Shown here one piece after another: positions 1 to 12,645 of a stretch of 64,000 nucleotides of DNA. The notes under the pieces are model-generated. The model was not told where the DNA came from. It did no database searches and saw only the letters and a list, made by a program, of their open reading frames with translations. Each line of letters begins with the position of its first letter. Within the stretch, counting starts at the first letter, position 1. Source of the DNA: Tubiluchus corallicola (lineage: Eukaryota; Animalia; Priapulida); the NCBI GenBank assembly GCA_030141605.1, contig JAQGDQ010000051.1:124001-188000 (forward strand). The letters run 5' to 3'. The translations under genes and the position numbers were made by a program.

Positions 1-1099
1 TCGTTCCACTGAAAGCTGGATTCCATTATGCAGAAGCTCAAAGTCTGTAAAGAAACACACATTTACACTGTATTGTTCCAAACTACTCGTTGCCATGGAC
101 TTGGATTGTCGCCAAAGATATGGGGATCCAAGGGCAAATGGAGCAAGGCGATGTGTTATGAAAACACAGAAAGATGCAAGCCAAAAATCTGAATCACAGT
201 ATTAACAAAGCTTTACATTTTCATCTAGTGTTGAAACTTAACAGGGGAAATAATTTTGTATGTGTCTTGTTCTGTGTAACTAGCAAGGCATTTGCCATAA
301 TCCGATTTTTGGTGAGAGGCACGGAACTACTATATTTTAATATAATAGATACTATAGTTTAATAGTTAATATAATTTTACTTTATGAAATAACAGATTGT
401 CAGTTGCATGGATTGTATAGTATGACTGTCTGGTATTTCTTATGTGCAATGTAGCAATACGGCAGTCGTACGTAAGTGTTGTGTGTTAGAGATGCTTTTT
501 AATGTTTATAGTACATCATTGTTATGAATTCTTATGGTATAAATGAATTTTGTATAGAAAAAAACTTAATTACGTTAATTTTAACATTGCCTTTGGCAAA
601 TGTTGACACAAGCAACAATGCCTTTAGCAAATGAAATTAGTGGTCAAATTCATTTCACCATAAGGTGCTTTATGACCCACTCAAAACGGATTGCAAGGAG
701 CTTACTACAGATTATGGCTGATGGCTTATGATAGGCAAGCCGCAGTTTTCGGAATGCGACAAATTGAATATCTGCGTGACATGGACCATTGATTAGCATG
801 TGTTCATTTTTCATGAAGGGGCCTTTTTCTCCTCACGGCTGACGCCTTACAGATTATGTCCAGCTCTGTGTGATATGGTTCTAATGAAGATCTAGAAATT
901 TGTGCACCCATTCCAAGTAAAAAGTTGCGGACTAACTTGCATATGAAAACAAGCATGAAGTCTTTTTACTCATTTGAATGCTACTATTTTACTCGAGTGT
1001 CTGAAAAGATGTAAGTAGATCTTGACAATACTTGGAACACCCTTGAATTTCCAGTGTGGTGTTCAAGGTATATCAAGATATCAACTTCCAATCCACTTT

Positions 1100-1332
1100 C
1101 CGTCTGGGAGGTCGTGAGTCGATACTACGGCTGGGTCACACCAGAGACTTTAAGTATGATACCTGCTATTGCCGTGCCTAGCGCACAGTATTTAGGGGCA
1201 AAATTGGGGTAATAATAATCTCTGTTATGTAGTTGTAATTTGTTATTTACAGTTGATGATATAAGCCGCATGTCAGGCTTGTGTTGTCTGTTGAATTTAA
1301 AGCTGATGTTAAATTAAAGTTATTATTTTTAT
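1100..1332 (+). mobile_element. Decayed tRNA-derived SINE-like repeat in a FRG1 intron
   Basis: Degenerate B-box-like segment (gaggtcgtgagtcgatac), then a ggtcacaccagagactttaag...gatacctgct core and a (tta)n/T-rich tail. A similar core occurs on the minus strand near 9203-9292. Confidence 0.4.
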
Positions 1333-1609
1333 TACTTGTAGTGATTTGAAGTCACTTACTTTCTCTTTGCCATTTTGTTTATTTATTTATTTATTTTTGA
1401 ATGCAGATGTCATTTTGTCAGAGTGGAGCTAATTCTCTTGAATTTTTTTAAACTGCCAGAAGACACTAAAATTCATCATGATGCCTCTATTAGCATTGAT
1501 AAATATACATTAGTGTTGTTTATAATAAAAATGAAAGCATCATGCTGCATGTATGCAATAAACAGGAATAGGAGATTAATTGCTTTTATTTTATTTATGT
1601 ATTTGGTAG

Positions 1610-1701
1610 ATTAGATCATCTGCTGAGAGAATAAAAAAGAAAAAAAGTGATGTGCCCGATGTTGACAAAGGAAATTTGAAAAAAGCTGAATTGAGTTATG
1701 T
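1610..1701 (+). CDS. FRG1: FRG1 internal exon (IRSSAER...AELSYV)
   Basis: tag acceptor ending 1609; gtaagt donor at 1702. Confidence 0.9.
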
Positions 1702-3773
1702 GTAAGTATTTCAGAAAACTGAATAAGATTTGTCTCTGAAAAATCTAGCTATGTTTCAATTTATGTTACACATTCTTCAAACATTTTATTGATCCCATTA
1801 AAATATCTTGTAAAACTAACAGTAACTTGTGAAGCATTTCAGAAACCAGAATTGTATTTATGATTAAAATATGTTCTAATGGGATAAGTTCAAGATAGTT
1901 GTTCTCTTTCATAATTATGTTAATTATATGCAGTATCTTTTGTTTTTGAAAAGAGAAATGAAAGCTGCTGTTTGGCAGATAATAGTGTATAATGTAAATT
2001 ACAGTTCTGGTGCACATTTTTGTAGCATTCCAAGCTCAAGCCATCACAGAGTATTACACTTCCTGCTCTTTACCTCTCAGTTTTCTTCTCCCACCAGACA
2101 GATAGAATATTATAAATGAAAGAAAGCAATAGTAAATTAGGAAGTCTAAAAGAATTTTGCACAGCCAGTGGGACTGATACCCAAGGCCTTCTGCTTTCTA
2201 GACAGCTATGATAACCACATGCCATTAGTCTGCTCATGGGTTACTGAATCTCTGTCCACCTCCAAGTTGATATATGTGGAAAATATCAATCTCTAAATGT
2301 AAAATAAAGCGTATCTTAGTTATATTTTACAATTGGTTGTTTCACACATAATGAAGTTCTAGATTGGAGTTCTAGTCCTTTCCATAGATCTGCCACTTTA
2401 AGCCATATTCTTTCACCATGAAGATTAGAACAAGTGCATAATTATAAAGTTTTTTTTTAATGATTTTAAATTGTATGGCCTTTATACTTGTAGCATCTTT
2501 GATGGCTAATCCTAGCATACATTATAGAAAGCATGGTTTGTTTAATAATATGTCACTTAATGACGCTCTATGCTGAAATACATTAGCATTCACTTCGTGA
2601 AGCGAAGACTTAAGTCACTTACCTAGTATTTTCTTCAGATAATTAAACCTACTTTTATTTGGTATTTTTTGTGATTTTTTTTGTAGAAAAATGTTTCAAA
2701 GTTTTCAAGACAGGAAGCTTCGCATTAGTGAGGAAGACAGAAAAGAGCTAAAAAATGCCCGTGCAAAAGGCAACCTTCACGAGAAACTACTTGATAGGTA
2801 AGAGAATTTTTTTTGAAGAGTTGAGTCTAACTGGTTTGGTGTGAAAGTTGCACAGGTTGAAAAATGGAAGATATTTAGATGTTTAGCTCCATATTGTAAT
2901 ATTTGGAGTGTTCAAGAAAAAAAGAAATGATGAGTTTAATATTTACTAAGTGCACTTGTTGTTTTAAAAAACTAACAAAAAAGAACTGCTAGAAAACAAC
3001 AAATTCATGCATAACTTGTTGACATATTAGAACTTTTGTTTAGTGACTTTTATTTCAATTTATCCAGTATAGGACAATGAAGATTAAAAAAGGCATACTA
3101 CTGTTTTAATTTTTCTTCACTGCAAATAAGGAAACCCACGAACATGTGTTTTGCAGTTGGTATCAAAATGAAAATATTCTTACGATTAGGTCTGTGATTA
3201 TTTGCAATTTTAGTAGAAAGCTAATTAGCAAAATTCTATTCACTCTTCATGTTTACATTGTCATGTTACTCTATGTTATCTGTGCAGTTTGATTTCTGAA
3301 TTCGACACTTGGTATTGATACCTTGGTGTACTTGATGCGTATGACACTAGTGAAACAGGAACTTAGCTCCTTACCAAAGATAATCCTCTCAGAAGCATCA
3401 CTACCTAGCAGAGGTATCTTAGAAATGTTCTGATGTGTGCAAATCTTTCTCAGTTTAGATATATAATCTTGCATTTTGGCAGGTGAGACAGTCCAGTTTT
3501 CTTAGCACTTATCCATCCATCATTCTAAGTGTGCCTGTATTACTTAAGCTCACGGTCAGGGCACACACCTTGACCACTTAGATGTTCATTTTATCTTATT
3601 ATATGATAAAGTTTGATTTGTTACTTTGTAAAGCAAATTGAGTATGAAAATGAGGAACATTTAAATTTGGTTGCATTCTGAAAATAATATGTATTGTATT
3701 AGGCAAATGATTTACTGTGAGTTGTTTTTTTTATAGGCGGGAGAAGATGAAAGCAGACAGGTACTGCAAATAA
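1610..3773 (+). CDS. FRG1: FRG1 (FSHD region gene 1 protein), 3' part only; upstream exons not identified in this window
   Basis: Exons 1610-1701, 2687-2797 and 3737-3773 have GT-AG borders and consistent phases. They splice to [79 protein letters not shown], matching the recalled FRG1 C-terminus (IRSCAERE...FQSFQD...LHETLLDRRAKLKADRYCK). Confidence 0.93.
2687..2797 (+). CDS. FRG1: FRG1 penultimate coding exon (KMFQSFQD...LHEKLLDR)
   Basis: Polypyrimidine tract plus tag acceptor; gtaaga donor at 2798. Confidence 0.92.
3737..3773 (+). CDS. FRG1: FRG1 last coding exon ([11 protein letters not shown])
   Basis: tttttttatag acceptor; TAA at 3771-3773. Confidence 0.92.
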
Positions 3774-5965
3774 GTGAATTTTCAAATAAGTGGTTATTTG
3801 ATGAAGTGGTTATTTATCTAAATGCTCATGAAAGTAGAACCAATACAGGTGAACAATATTGTCATTAACTATGACATGCTATAACAGGTGGCCTTGAACA
3901 AGTATTTTATTAACTGCCAGTGTGCAGTACTGTCGCAAGGGTAACAACCGACTAAAATCTTAAAAGAACAAAGGTGTGTTCAATGTGATGATGAATAGTT
4001 GAAATGTGGATTTGACTGACTGACTTTTAGTCCGTAAACAAAAATGTACTGTAATGAGTTTGTGTAGTTTGTGCAACAGCAGTCATTGCCTTTACTTGGA
4101 CTAACTGTAAATTCAACCAGCAGATTGTGCATTTGTGGACTGATGTCCCTTGTGTTTGTATTGCTGGCCAGGTGAACAGTATGTTGCCTAAATGAAATGA
4201 AATGGACGCATCGATTCGAATACGTACCCTCCAGCTAGACTGACTATAATTTTTTGTAGTTAAGCAACAATATTATAGGGGCATTTTGTTAGATTTGTTC
4301 TAATGTGACATTTTCATATATATATGGTAATCACTGATCAGTATGCTGAACTTTATATACATAAGCTTCATTTGTCCAGTGTGCTTGTACGCTGTAATAT
4401 GTTTATGTTGTAGTCTTAGGAAAGCTCCCACAAATCCCTAAAATTATATAATTACATTATATAGTAGGTTTCCCAAAATAAAATTTTTTTATTTTACTAC
4501 ATTTTTAATTTTGTTGTTTACATTATGTTTACACCATATTGTTAGGATTAACCTTAAATTAGACTTCTGCTGCAATTCTTTTTATGCCTGCATCTAGAAT
4601 TCTAGCTATTACGATCTTGGCCTATATGTTAACTAAAATTATTTTGTTAGAACTCACTTCTTAAATCTGTAAATGGTTTCCCTCTTGTTCTTGTTTACAG
4701 AACATTCCTATTTTTAGAGTATTGTGTGGCGTTCTCTCATGTCTATGCTTACTGCAAATGCTGTCTGTGTAATTTAACAAAAATATGTAATGTAACTTGT
4801 GGCACATTACCTACAATAAATTATTTTAAAGATACACTTGTTCATGTTCATTCAGACATTTAAATACTATTATGCTGAAGTTACAATTACAACCCTCATT
4901 ACTGTATGTGTCCCATCATCACTGTTACGAATCACCAATACCATGTACAATGGTTATTATTACAAAACGTAATATACGTGATGGAAATGATGAAATTAAT
5001 GGATCTCTTTTATAATTTTGCGAGTAGACAGTAAATTCAATTTCATTTATTTGTCTCTTTCATATCGTAACATTTGCAGGTACAGCATTGTAATTTCAAT
5101 AATGTTTAACAGAAAGGGTGTGCTTCGGTTCCTGTTTATGTGCTCACAAAAACTATACAGTCATCAAGTTAAGCCTTACGGCTATCAAGACAAGTGAGAA
5201 AGGAGTGAAAGGACTTTTGAAAGTGTGCAACAGCTCAGTTACAAAATATTAATGTGCCACAGATAACTAAGCGGTGGATATTAGTTGATTTTTTTTATTC
5301 TTAATGTCGTCAAGAAGTGAGTCCTGTAACAGCTAGATTGTGCTTTACAATTTATAATGTCACTTGTCATGTTAAATTTTTACATGTGATAGCTAGTTTT
5401 GCGTTTGACCTGCGCTGGTGAACAATGATGAAAGTCACTTTATTTCGCTGAAAAATGTGTGTAAATTTATGTAACACACAAATCCAGGGACGGTATTGTT
5501 AACTATACATGGTGTCAAATAAACTTGAACTGAATTGAATCGATGCTTTTACCATGTGTCTGGTGACATTGCTACGTTTGCGCCCGTTTGGGATTATAAA
5601 TTAACTAGCTTACGTAGCGGTAGTACTAAGCTAGTACACGCTTTAATTAGGATTAGCCCGGTTAGCTCTAATTTTTGAATAAAGCTTGATAGTTTGATTT
5701 AGCTTAGTTTCTTTCTGATTGGAATCAATTGTTAACGTCAACATTTTCCAGTTTAGCTGTTTTGAGCTTTTGGAATTAGGGATTAAAATTTTTACGCTTG
5801 ACGTCTGGTTGAGCTTGGCAGTAAGAAGTCTAATTATGACAATATGAAATAGACATCTGAACCGAGGAATCAATTATGGTCGAAAATTGGTGATTCTTAT
5901 TACAGTCTGATCGCTAAATCAGTGAATGGACCATCGAGTTAAGGAGGAAAAGCGACGCCAGGCTA

Positions 5966-5992
5966 ATGATGAATCGTCTAGAATCTCAAGCT
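5966..5992 (+). CDS. Candidate first coding micro-exon of the SLC6 gene (MMNRLESQA)
   Basis: ATG at 5966 with an upstream in-frame stop and a strong gtgagt donor at 5993. Phase 0 matches the acceptor at 16435, and the site lies in a CpG-richer stretch downstream of FRG1. Unverified. Confidence 0.35.
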
Positions 5993-7146
5993 GTGAGTAA
6001 CAATTATAAAATTAATGCTTGCATTTTGGGTTATTGAATTCTGTGGTCTGCACACTGGACCCCAGCAATTAAAATGCAAAAAGGCTGTTAAAAACAGGAC
6101 CTGCTGTATATATGTGGTGCCTCAAAAATCGCTGTGAACTAGATCTTCTACATTTTTTAACAAATAAAGGAAAATGTTCAAGTCATTGAATCTATACCAT
6201 TGAATGGTTCAGGAATGCTAGCCTATGGTGGCATTGAGCGCGCCACTCTCATTGCACTTATATTTATCTTACATAATGTTATCTGAACTTATTCATGTAT
6301 TCTCTTCATGAACTAATCACACAATGACTAAAGAAATATTTCTGTATGTTAATTTTAACTTTGAGACAAGAAATCTTATCAGGGTGTCCCTAAAGCTGAG
6401 GAAAAGTTTAGAAAATGAATCAGTTGGCTGCAGTTTATAACTTCGACACAAACCACTCTATCAATAATCGTATGTGACTTATCGGAGGTATAATGCACAC
6501 TTAGCAGGCTTCATTTGCAAGAGCCACTGATCAGATCATATTTGAACAGAGTCAAAGTCAATCTGAAGTACTGCACAGTCGATTTCTCTATAAATAATTT
6601 AATGTCATCCATAAACATTTTTATATTGGAAGAAACATACTGGAAATTGGTATAGATGAACTAAAATCTTGGGCGAGTCTTTTAGCTATATTGGACGAAA
6701 ATCTGTAAGGAACTGCTGCACTAGTGGGCTTTGCTATTTTCATTTGCTTCTACAGAGTCCTCAAGAGCCTAGAGACCAATCAAATGGCAAGTCAGGCGTC
6801 TTGCACTGAGAATTTCTCATAGCCAATGAATAGTGAGAGACGGCTGTGGCTTGTTGAAGAACTACATCGTTAAATGTGAGAGAATGGTGTGGTCCATGTG
6901 GTGCTCTGAATTTCTGCTGAACTTCAGTTGGTGATTGAAGGACTTCGTGCCAGGCTGATTTTGCATCCTCTTTTCTAATGTTACTATTGTTGCCATAGCA
7001 ATGGAGTTTTAGGCAAAAAATATTTAAAAAGAATTCAAAAACTCCTTTATATTCATGTAAGAGCTTGGTGAGATTTTAAAGGAATATTAGAAATCTAAGT
7101 GTATTTGACTTTTGAGACCTAGGCATATCTCTGGGCATACAGATTG

Positions 7147-8049
7147 TAGTGATGGCCGATCAACATTTTTAGGTGCTGAGTCGATCTGCTGCATCTATTT
7201 GGATGGTGCCTTTGAGCATGGGATCTCATCAAAAAAGCTAGTGAATGAAATATGGTTGTTGCATGCAAATCAGACCATAGTTTTGCGGATTGTGGATAGT
7301 GAATTATGTGTTGATACGTGGACTGCAGATTTTTAATGCCTAAATTTTATGCAAAATCGCGCACTTGTGTAAAATAAATTTTCAAGTGTTTGCACAAAGA
7401 GTTCACCCAATTTCAGTTCATTAAGCATTCCCTTTTGCGTTAAAAGGCTTGTTGCCACATTAAATACCTTTCATCACTAGTTTATTTTAAGATGTCCTTA
7501 TCCCCTCTTGCTTTTTGCTGCTTCCTGATATTTTACCTGGAAATTCCCAGACACAAAACATTCCCAGACGCAGAATTGGGTCTGGCTAGTAATTTACTAG
7601 TGATTCTCGATTATAACTCCTAGATTTCATAACCATTTTTAGCAATAGCGCACACATAGCAAGCCTCATTAATTTATTGCCAACATTTTTGCAGATATTG
7701 CGGATATGCAGATATTCAAATTTCACCCAATCCGCGGTTTTGCAGATGCGGATATGTACAGTTGCAGATTTTGTGGTCGCGGAAAAACGAGAAAGTGATA
7801 ATCGCGTAATTCTGGTGAAAACATTTTTGCTGTAGCAATATGTTAAACATTTCAAAATTTTTACTTTAAGGTTTAAATATTTTATTTTTACATGTTCTTA
7901 TCAAGTCAACAATTTTTATGGCCAGATTGGCTCAACAGTTTACTGAACCGATCAATGATTTAATGAGGAGCAGATTAGAACTTATTCACCGATCACAACC
8001 GAACACCGCAGTTTGGTCACCGATCACTGATCAGCTCACCCCATCACTA
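7147..8049. mobile_element. Non-autonomous hAT-type DNA transposon (~900 bp)
   Basis: TIRs TAGTGATGG (7147) and CCATCACTA (8041-8049). Flanking 8-mers ACAGATTG (7139-7146) and ATAGATTG (8050-8057) match at 7/8, consistent with a TSD. Subterminal CCGATCA repeats and internal GC(A/G)GAT repeats; no transposase ORF. Confidence 0.75.
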
Positions 8050-9202
8050 ATAGATTGCTGGTGGCCTTGTGGTGGGATCAGAATCTAGCTCATTGATGAA
8101 GTAAAAATAATGTGGATATTAGTTTATTAGCTCTATTACTAATTAAAACAAAAATAACAAGTGAAGAACATAACACCACAAGAACAGCATCCAGGTTCCA
8201 TATATTGTGGAGAGAGGAGGACCGCCTTTTGCTCACGCGTGGTATAATACTCATTATCAAGCATATCTTAATCGTAATATTCTATATGATAAAAGTGTAA
8301 ACGGGCAGAGTTGCATTAGCTGTATTTGGATGAGTATATGTCTTTCCTCAATGAGATAATAGTCAGATGTTTATGTCATGAAATCGTTCAGATGCAATGT
8401 GATTGCTTAATTGATCTGTTTAGGTTGACAATAAAATATTTCTATTTCTGTCTAGTTGCCCGGGTAATTATTTTTACTGCACACCAGACCGGGAAATTTA
8501 TAATTTTTCTGTATGTTCATATATTATTAACTGACTGAGTCATATAAAAGCATATTTTTAATTTAAAATGTAAAACAATAATTGTTGTAACATTGTTGTT
8601 TCGGAGAGAGTGCAGCCAAATTTCTCTGCAGCTGACTCTCGCCATTTCTCATGAGGTTGGCATTTGCACCTAGCTGTTTGCTGCTTGTACCATAATAATT
8701 GGAATATACAATAATATTGTACATACAGTACAAAAATAGACTACTGTATATACATGATAATTGACAATTATACAATAATTTAGTGAAGTGAAACAAAAAA
8801 ACTGAAAAGACAAAGCATGAAAAAATGTGCACTGAAAAAATTTGAACATTCATGTTAACCAGTGGGATAAACAAATTTTGATTTCAACTGAATTTAAATA
8901 TTCCACGATTCAGCTTTAAATAAAACTTCAAAAAAAATTTGAAGAAAATTTCCTCCCTTCTTATGGATATTTTTGAGCTCTTGAGATAAGATAGAAACAA
9001 AAATTTCGTGTGGCTGACCTTATATTGTGATAAGGATAAATGATAATACCTAAAGTTAGTATAGAGGTCAACAGTTAACATCAGCTTGAAAATGTTTCCG
9101 CAATTGGTGAATGGTGATAACAAATAGCTTATATAATTAATAGTGATTATTGTTACCCGAATTTTGCTTCGATTAATCCACGTGTTTGATGAAGGAACCA
9201 AT

Positions 9203-9292
9203 GGGTACCATTTTTTAGTCTTCATGACTTGGTTATGGAATTGAACCCACAACTTATCGCATAGAAAGCAAGCATATTACCTCAGAGCTATT
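9203..9292 (-). mobile_element. tRNA-derived SINE head, decayed
   Basis: Minus strand reads tagctctgaggt (A-box-like)...gggttcaattcc (B-box), then agtcatgaagactaaaaaatggtacc, similar to the element at ~1100. Confidence 0.45.
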
Positions 9293-10236
9293 CCTGAGTT
9301 ACAGAGTTAGGCCAAATCTATCTAAGCTATCCGTTTTGTTTGTCTAAAATTCAGAAGTATTTTTAAATCTAGTAATCTAGATTTGCTTTTGTAAGCAATT
9401 TGTAATATCAGGAAATTGCTGATAATAATTAAAAACAAATAATTTGTCTCACTGAATCTAACTTAATTAACACTTTGTTATATGTAGAAAGTTCTTTTGT
9501 AAATCAATTGTGTATTTTACTTGTTGGTTAATAAACAATTTTCTGAACGTTGCTAAGCATGCTTCATTGAGTTGTCATTTTCTCTGCCGCATGATGTTCA
9601 CAACACAAAGATTTAACCCTTCATATTAATCAGCAACAATCTTGCACATACTAACCTGGACTTCTGAAGTGTGTTACTGGTTAGTCATCCGCTCTAATGC
9701 GTGTCACATATTTATTTAAATGACAAGGATGCTATGTTTTTCTGTAATTGAATCTAACTTATAGAGCTCAGACTAGGCCACCACGGCAAGGGTAGATCAA
9801 TAGCTGTTGATATCTCTCCTCGCCAAGGATTTTGATTTTAAAGGCACTGGCATTTTAAGGTCTATACTCCACAAACTTTAATGGAATGGCATAGGTGGCA
9901 ATATTCTGTCTATTATGTCATCATAAGAATAGCAATGCATTAGTTTTTCAGACTTTTGTGAAACCCCACTACCTGAGAAGCCAGCACAATTAAGCCCGTG
10001 TAAGTCATAATGTCTGTGACTCTTTGCGTTGGATTTGTTTGAAGCGAGAGAAATTTTGTATAACTCAAGAGGAGGACTGCTCCGTCACACATACAGCAGC
10101 AACGTAAAAAGATAACTGGTTCGCTCAGTCACGAAAAATTAACCACCGCTTCCTTCTTCGCTTTTACGCACCTGCGCACTAAGCCTAAAACAACCGGATG
10201 GCCTAAAAGTAACGTTACGCTACAAGATCAAAAAGT

Positions 10237-10335
10237 GAGAGGAGAGGAGAGAAGAGATGAGAGGAGATAAGGGAAGGGAGGGAAAGGGAGGAAGAGAAAG
10301 GGGAGCGAAGAGGAGACGGAAAAACAAGAGAAGAG
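10237..10335. repeat. Purine-rich (GA/GGA) low-complexity tract
   Basis: About 100 nt almost entirely A/G on the + strand. Confidence 0.8.
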
Positions 10336-10659
10336 ATGCCATATTTAAAGTATTTTCATGTGATACGATTTTGAAATGAATGACACAATCATTCGTTGAG
10401 TTACGATATTTCTGAAGGTGTCATAAAGTTACGCCTGCTGTTAAGATAAAATTTTGTTTAATAAATTCCGTCTTCTCACTAAGTGTGCGCAAAGTGACAC
10501 GCGACTAAATGTGACTTAAAACGTCCATTTAGATTCGGCTTAACTTTCCTAGTCGCGTGGAAGCTAGTCGCGACTAAGGTACGACAAAGGCGATAAGAGA
10601 GGTGCATAAATTACAGACAAACATTTCCGGGCGCGTAAATCTCCAAGGAACCCGTCATA

Positions 10660-11250
10660 ATTTTATTTATTTTTATTTAACACGTAATCTTTATTTAAAA
10701 CAAAAATATTAAAATAAAAAATATTTACAGGAGAGTATAAAATGTGAAAGGAGGATAAAACATATATACAGCAAAGAAAAAAATTTTACAGATAAAAGGT
10801 TACTGATTAAAGCACAAAGAACCAAGGCTACTTACAAGTGCCTGTTAAAAGATAAATGATCATTGAGATTTAGACCTTTTAAACGGTTTTTAAAAAGTTT
10901 GCTGCTCCTAAGCACAGACCAAGAGGCACCGCCGATAGACTAGAAGTTCATTCCAGATTTTAATTATTCTGTTAGAGTAAAAAAATGAAGCGGTCAAGTC
11001 GGCAGTGAATAGGTTGTAACTTTAAGCGGTTACATTAGATAAAAGTGCTTTGCTAAAAAATGCATCTTTGCCTATAGCGCTGACTGCACCTTCTCCATGT
11101 AACATTGTATAATGTCATTTTCAGATCACAGTTCGACGAAGTTTACGTGGCTCAACATTTAAAAAGTGCTAATTGATCAGGGTATGACATGCTACCAAGA
11201 TTGACCTAGCGAATAGCCTGGGAGTAAAGTACTGTGTGGGTACGCTGCGG
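10660..11250 (-). mobile_element. Decayed 3' end of a CR1/L2-type non-LTR retrotransposon
   Basis: Minus strand ~10945-11030 reads RLKLQPIHCRLDRFIF/YSNRIIKIWNE with a frameshift. This resembles the CR1 ORF2 C-terminus (KL..CRLD.R..FFSNRVV..WN). An (aaat)n-like tail lies near 10660-10680. Borders are approximate. Confidence 0.45.
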
Positions 11251-12390
11251 TACATGAATCTGCGCCGTAAGACGTGTTGCGTTTGATTTAGAACATATGC
11301 TTTTTGTACTTCTATTAGTACTGGAATACTGCCCAGGATCCATGTGGTGCAGCTGGTGCTATTATTGTTTCTCTTAACTGAACTGCGTTTGCTCTCTAGT
11401 TTAAATTGGAACTTTTGTTTTTCTTGAACATATTTTGTATTTTCTTTAAGTTTTCTCCTGTAAGAATCCGTAGCTGTGTAAAATTTAATTAAGTTCAGGC
11501 TTCCAGCATAAACTGTAACCTCCTAACTGCTATGCCATATTTTGGCTGCAGAACAATTTGACGTAAGCTTTTTACGTAAACTGGCTCATATATAAACATC
11601 ACTGCAGGCCTCGTTTGAAAAGTAGAACATATTTACACATTTTGTACAGACAAATTTGTACTCTCTATTGCAGTATGTATTTTTTCAAAGTTACACTATA
11701 GCATTATAGTGATTAACTGATCAGTTGATGGCAATCTGTCAATCTTCGTAGTCTTCCGAGACTTGTCTAGTGAATGAGATACGGTAATAGGCTTTTTGTG
11801 CAAGTACTTGATCCCACGGGCTTAGCCAGGTTCGAAAGTTAGGGGGAGTAAGCACACAACAAGGCGCATGTGACACATACCAAACAATTTTAACACTAGT
11901 TGACAGTAAGCCTACTACTAAACAATCCTGTCTAAACAATTATGTGATAAGAATATTTTATAGTTGATGTGGGGCAATTCGCTCCTTAGCTCAATCAGTC
12001 AACCTTGACAAATGAGTTGCGTAAATACACGTTCATTTCAAAAACAAGGGTGACGATTGGTCAAACAAAGTAGTGACTCCAGAAAGTCTTCCAATGTTCT
12101 GCGATTAAAAAATAATAAAAAAGATTCGGCTTTTATCAGACAGGTGAACTAAAGAGTTAAAAAAATTGTTGAACAGATGCCAATTTTGAAAAATGTGCTT
12201 GTGGGAGCGGTTGCTCCCCTTGCTTCTCCATTAGCACTGCCACTTCTTGATACAGCTCTGAGCGAAACACTACGGAACTGATACAGTATTAAAACTTTAA
12301 TGGAACTGATAACATGGAAGTTACTGCAAACTATGTATATTATATTTTTATAAATTTGAATTGCAAGCAAATTTGTACTATAACTCAAAC

Positions 12391-12645
12391 TAGCAACATT
12401 TTCTAAATAGATTTCCAGTTTTTTATATCTTTTTTGATTTCCTGCTTTGTTTTCTTTTCCATTAAGTTTTGTTTTTTAGTTTTCACTTTGATACTGGAGG
12501 CGAAATTTTGATTAAGTTATAGCAACATTTTCTAAATAGATTTCCAGTTTTTATCTTTTTTGATTTCCTGCTTTGTTTTCTTTTCCATTAAGTTTATTTT
12601 TTAGTTTTCACTTTCATACTGGAGGCGAAATTTTGATTAAGTTAT
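12391..12645. repeat. Tandem duplication of a ~127-bp unit (2 copies)
   Basis: tagcaacattttctaaatagatttccag...ttttgattaagtta starts at both 12391 and 12520, near-identical. Confidence 0.9.

Noticed and set aside
1-1609. Additional upstream FRG1 exons
   Set aside because: I could not find the expected fascin-like-domain peptide with matching splice sites. The donor-like gtaagt at 1011 has no convincing coding sequence before it.
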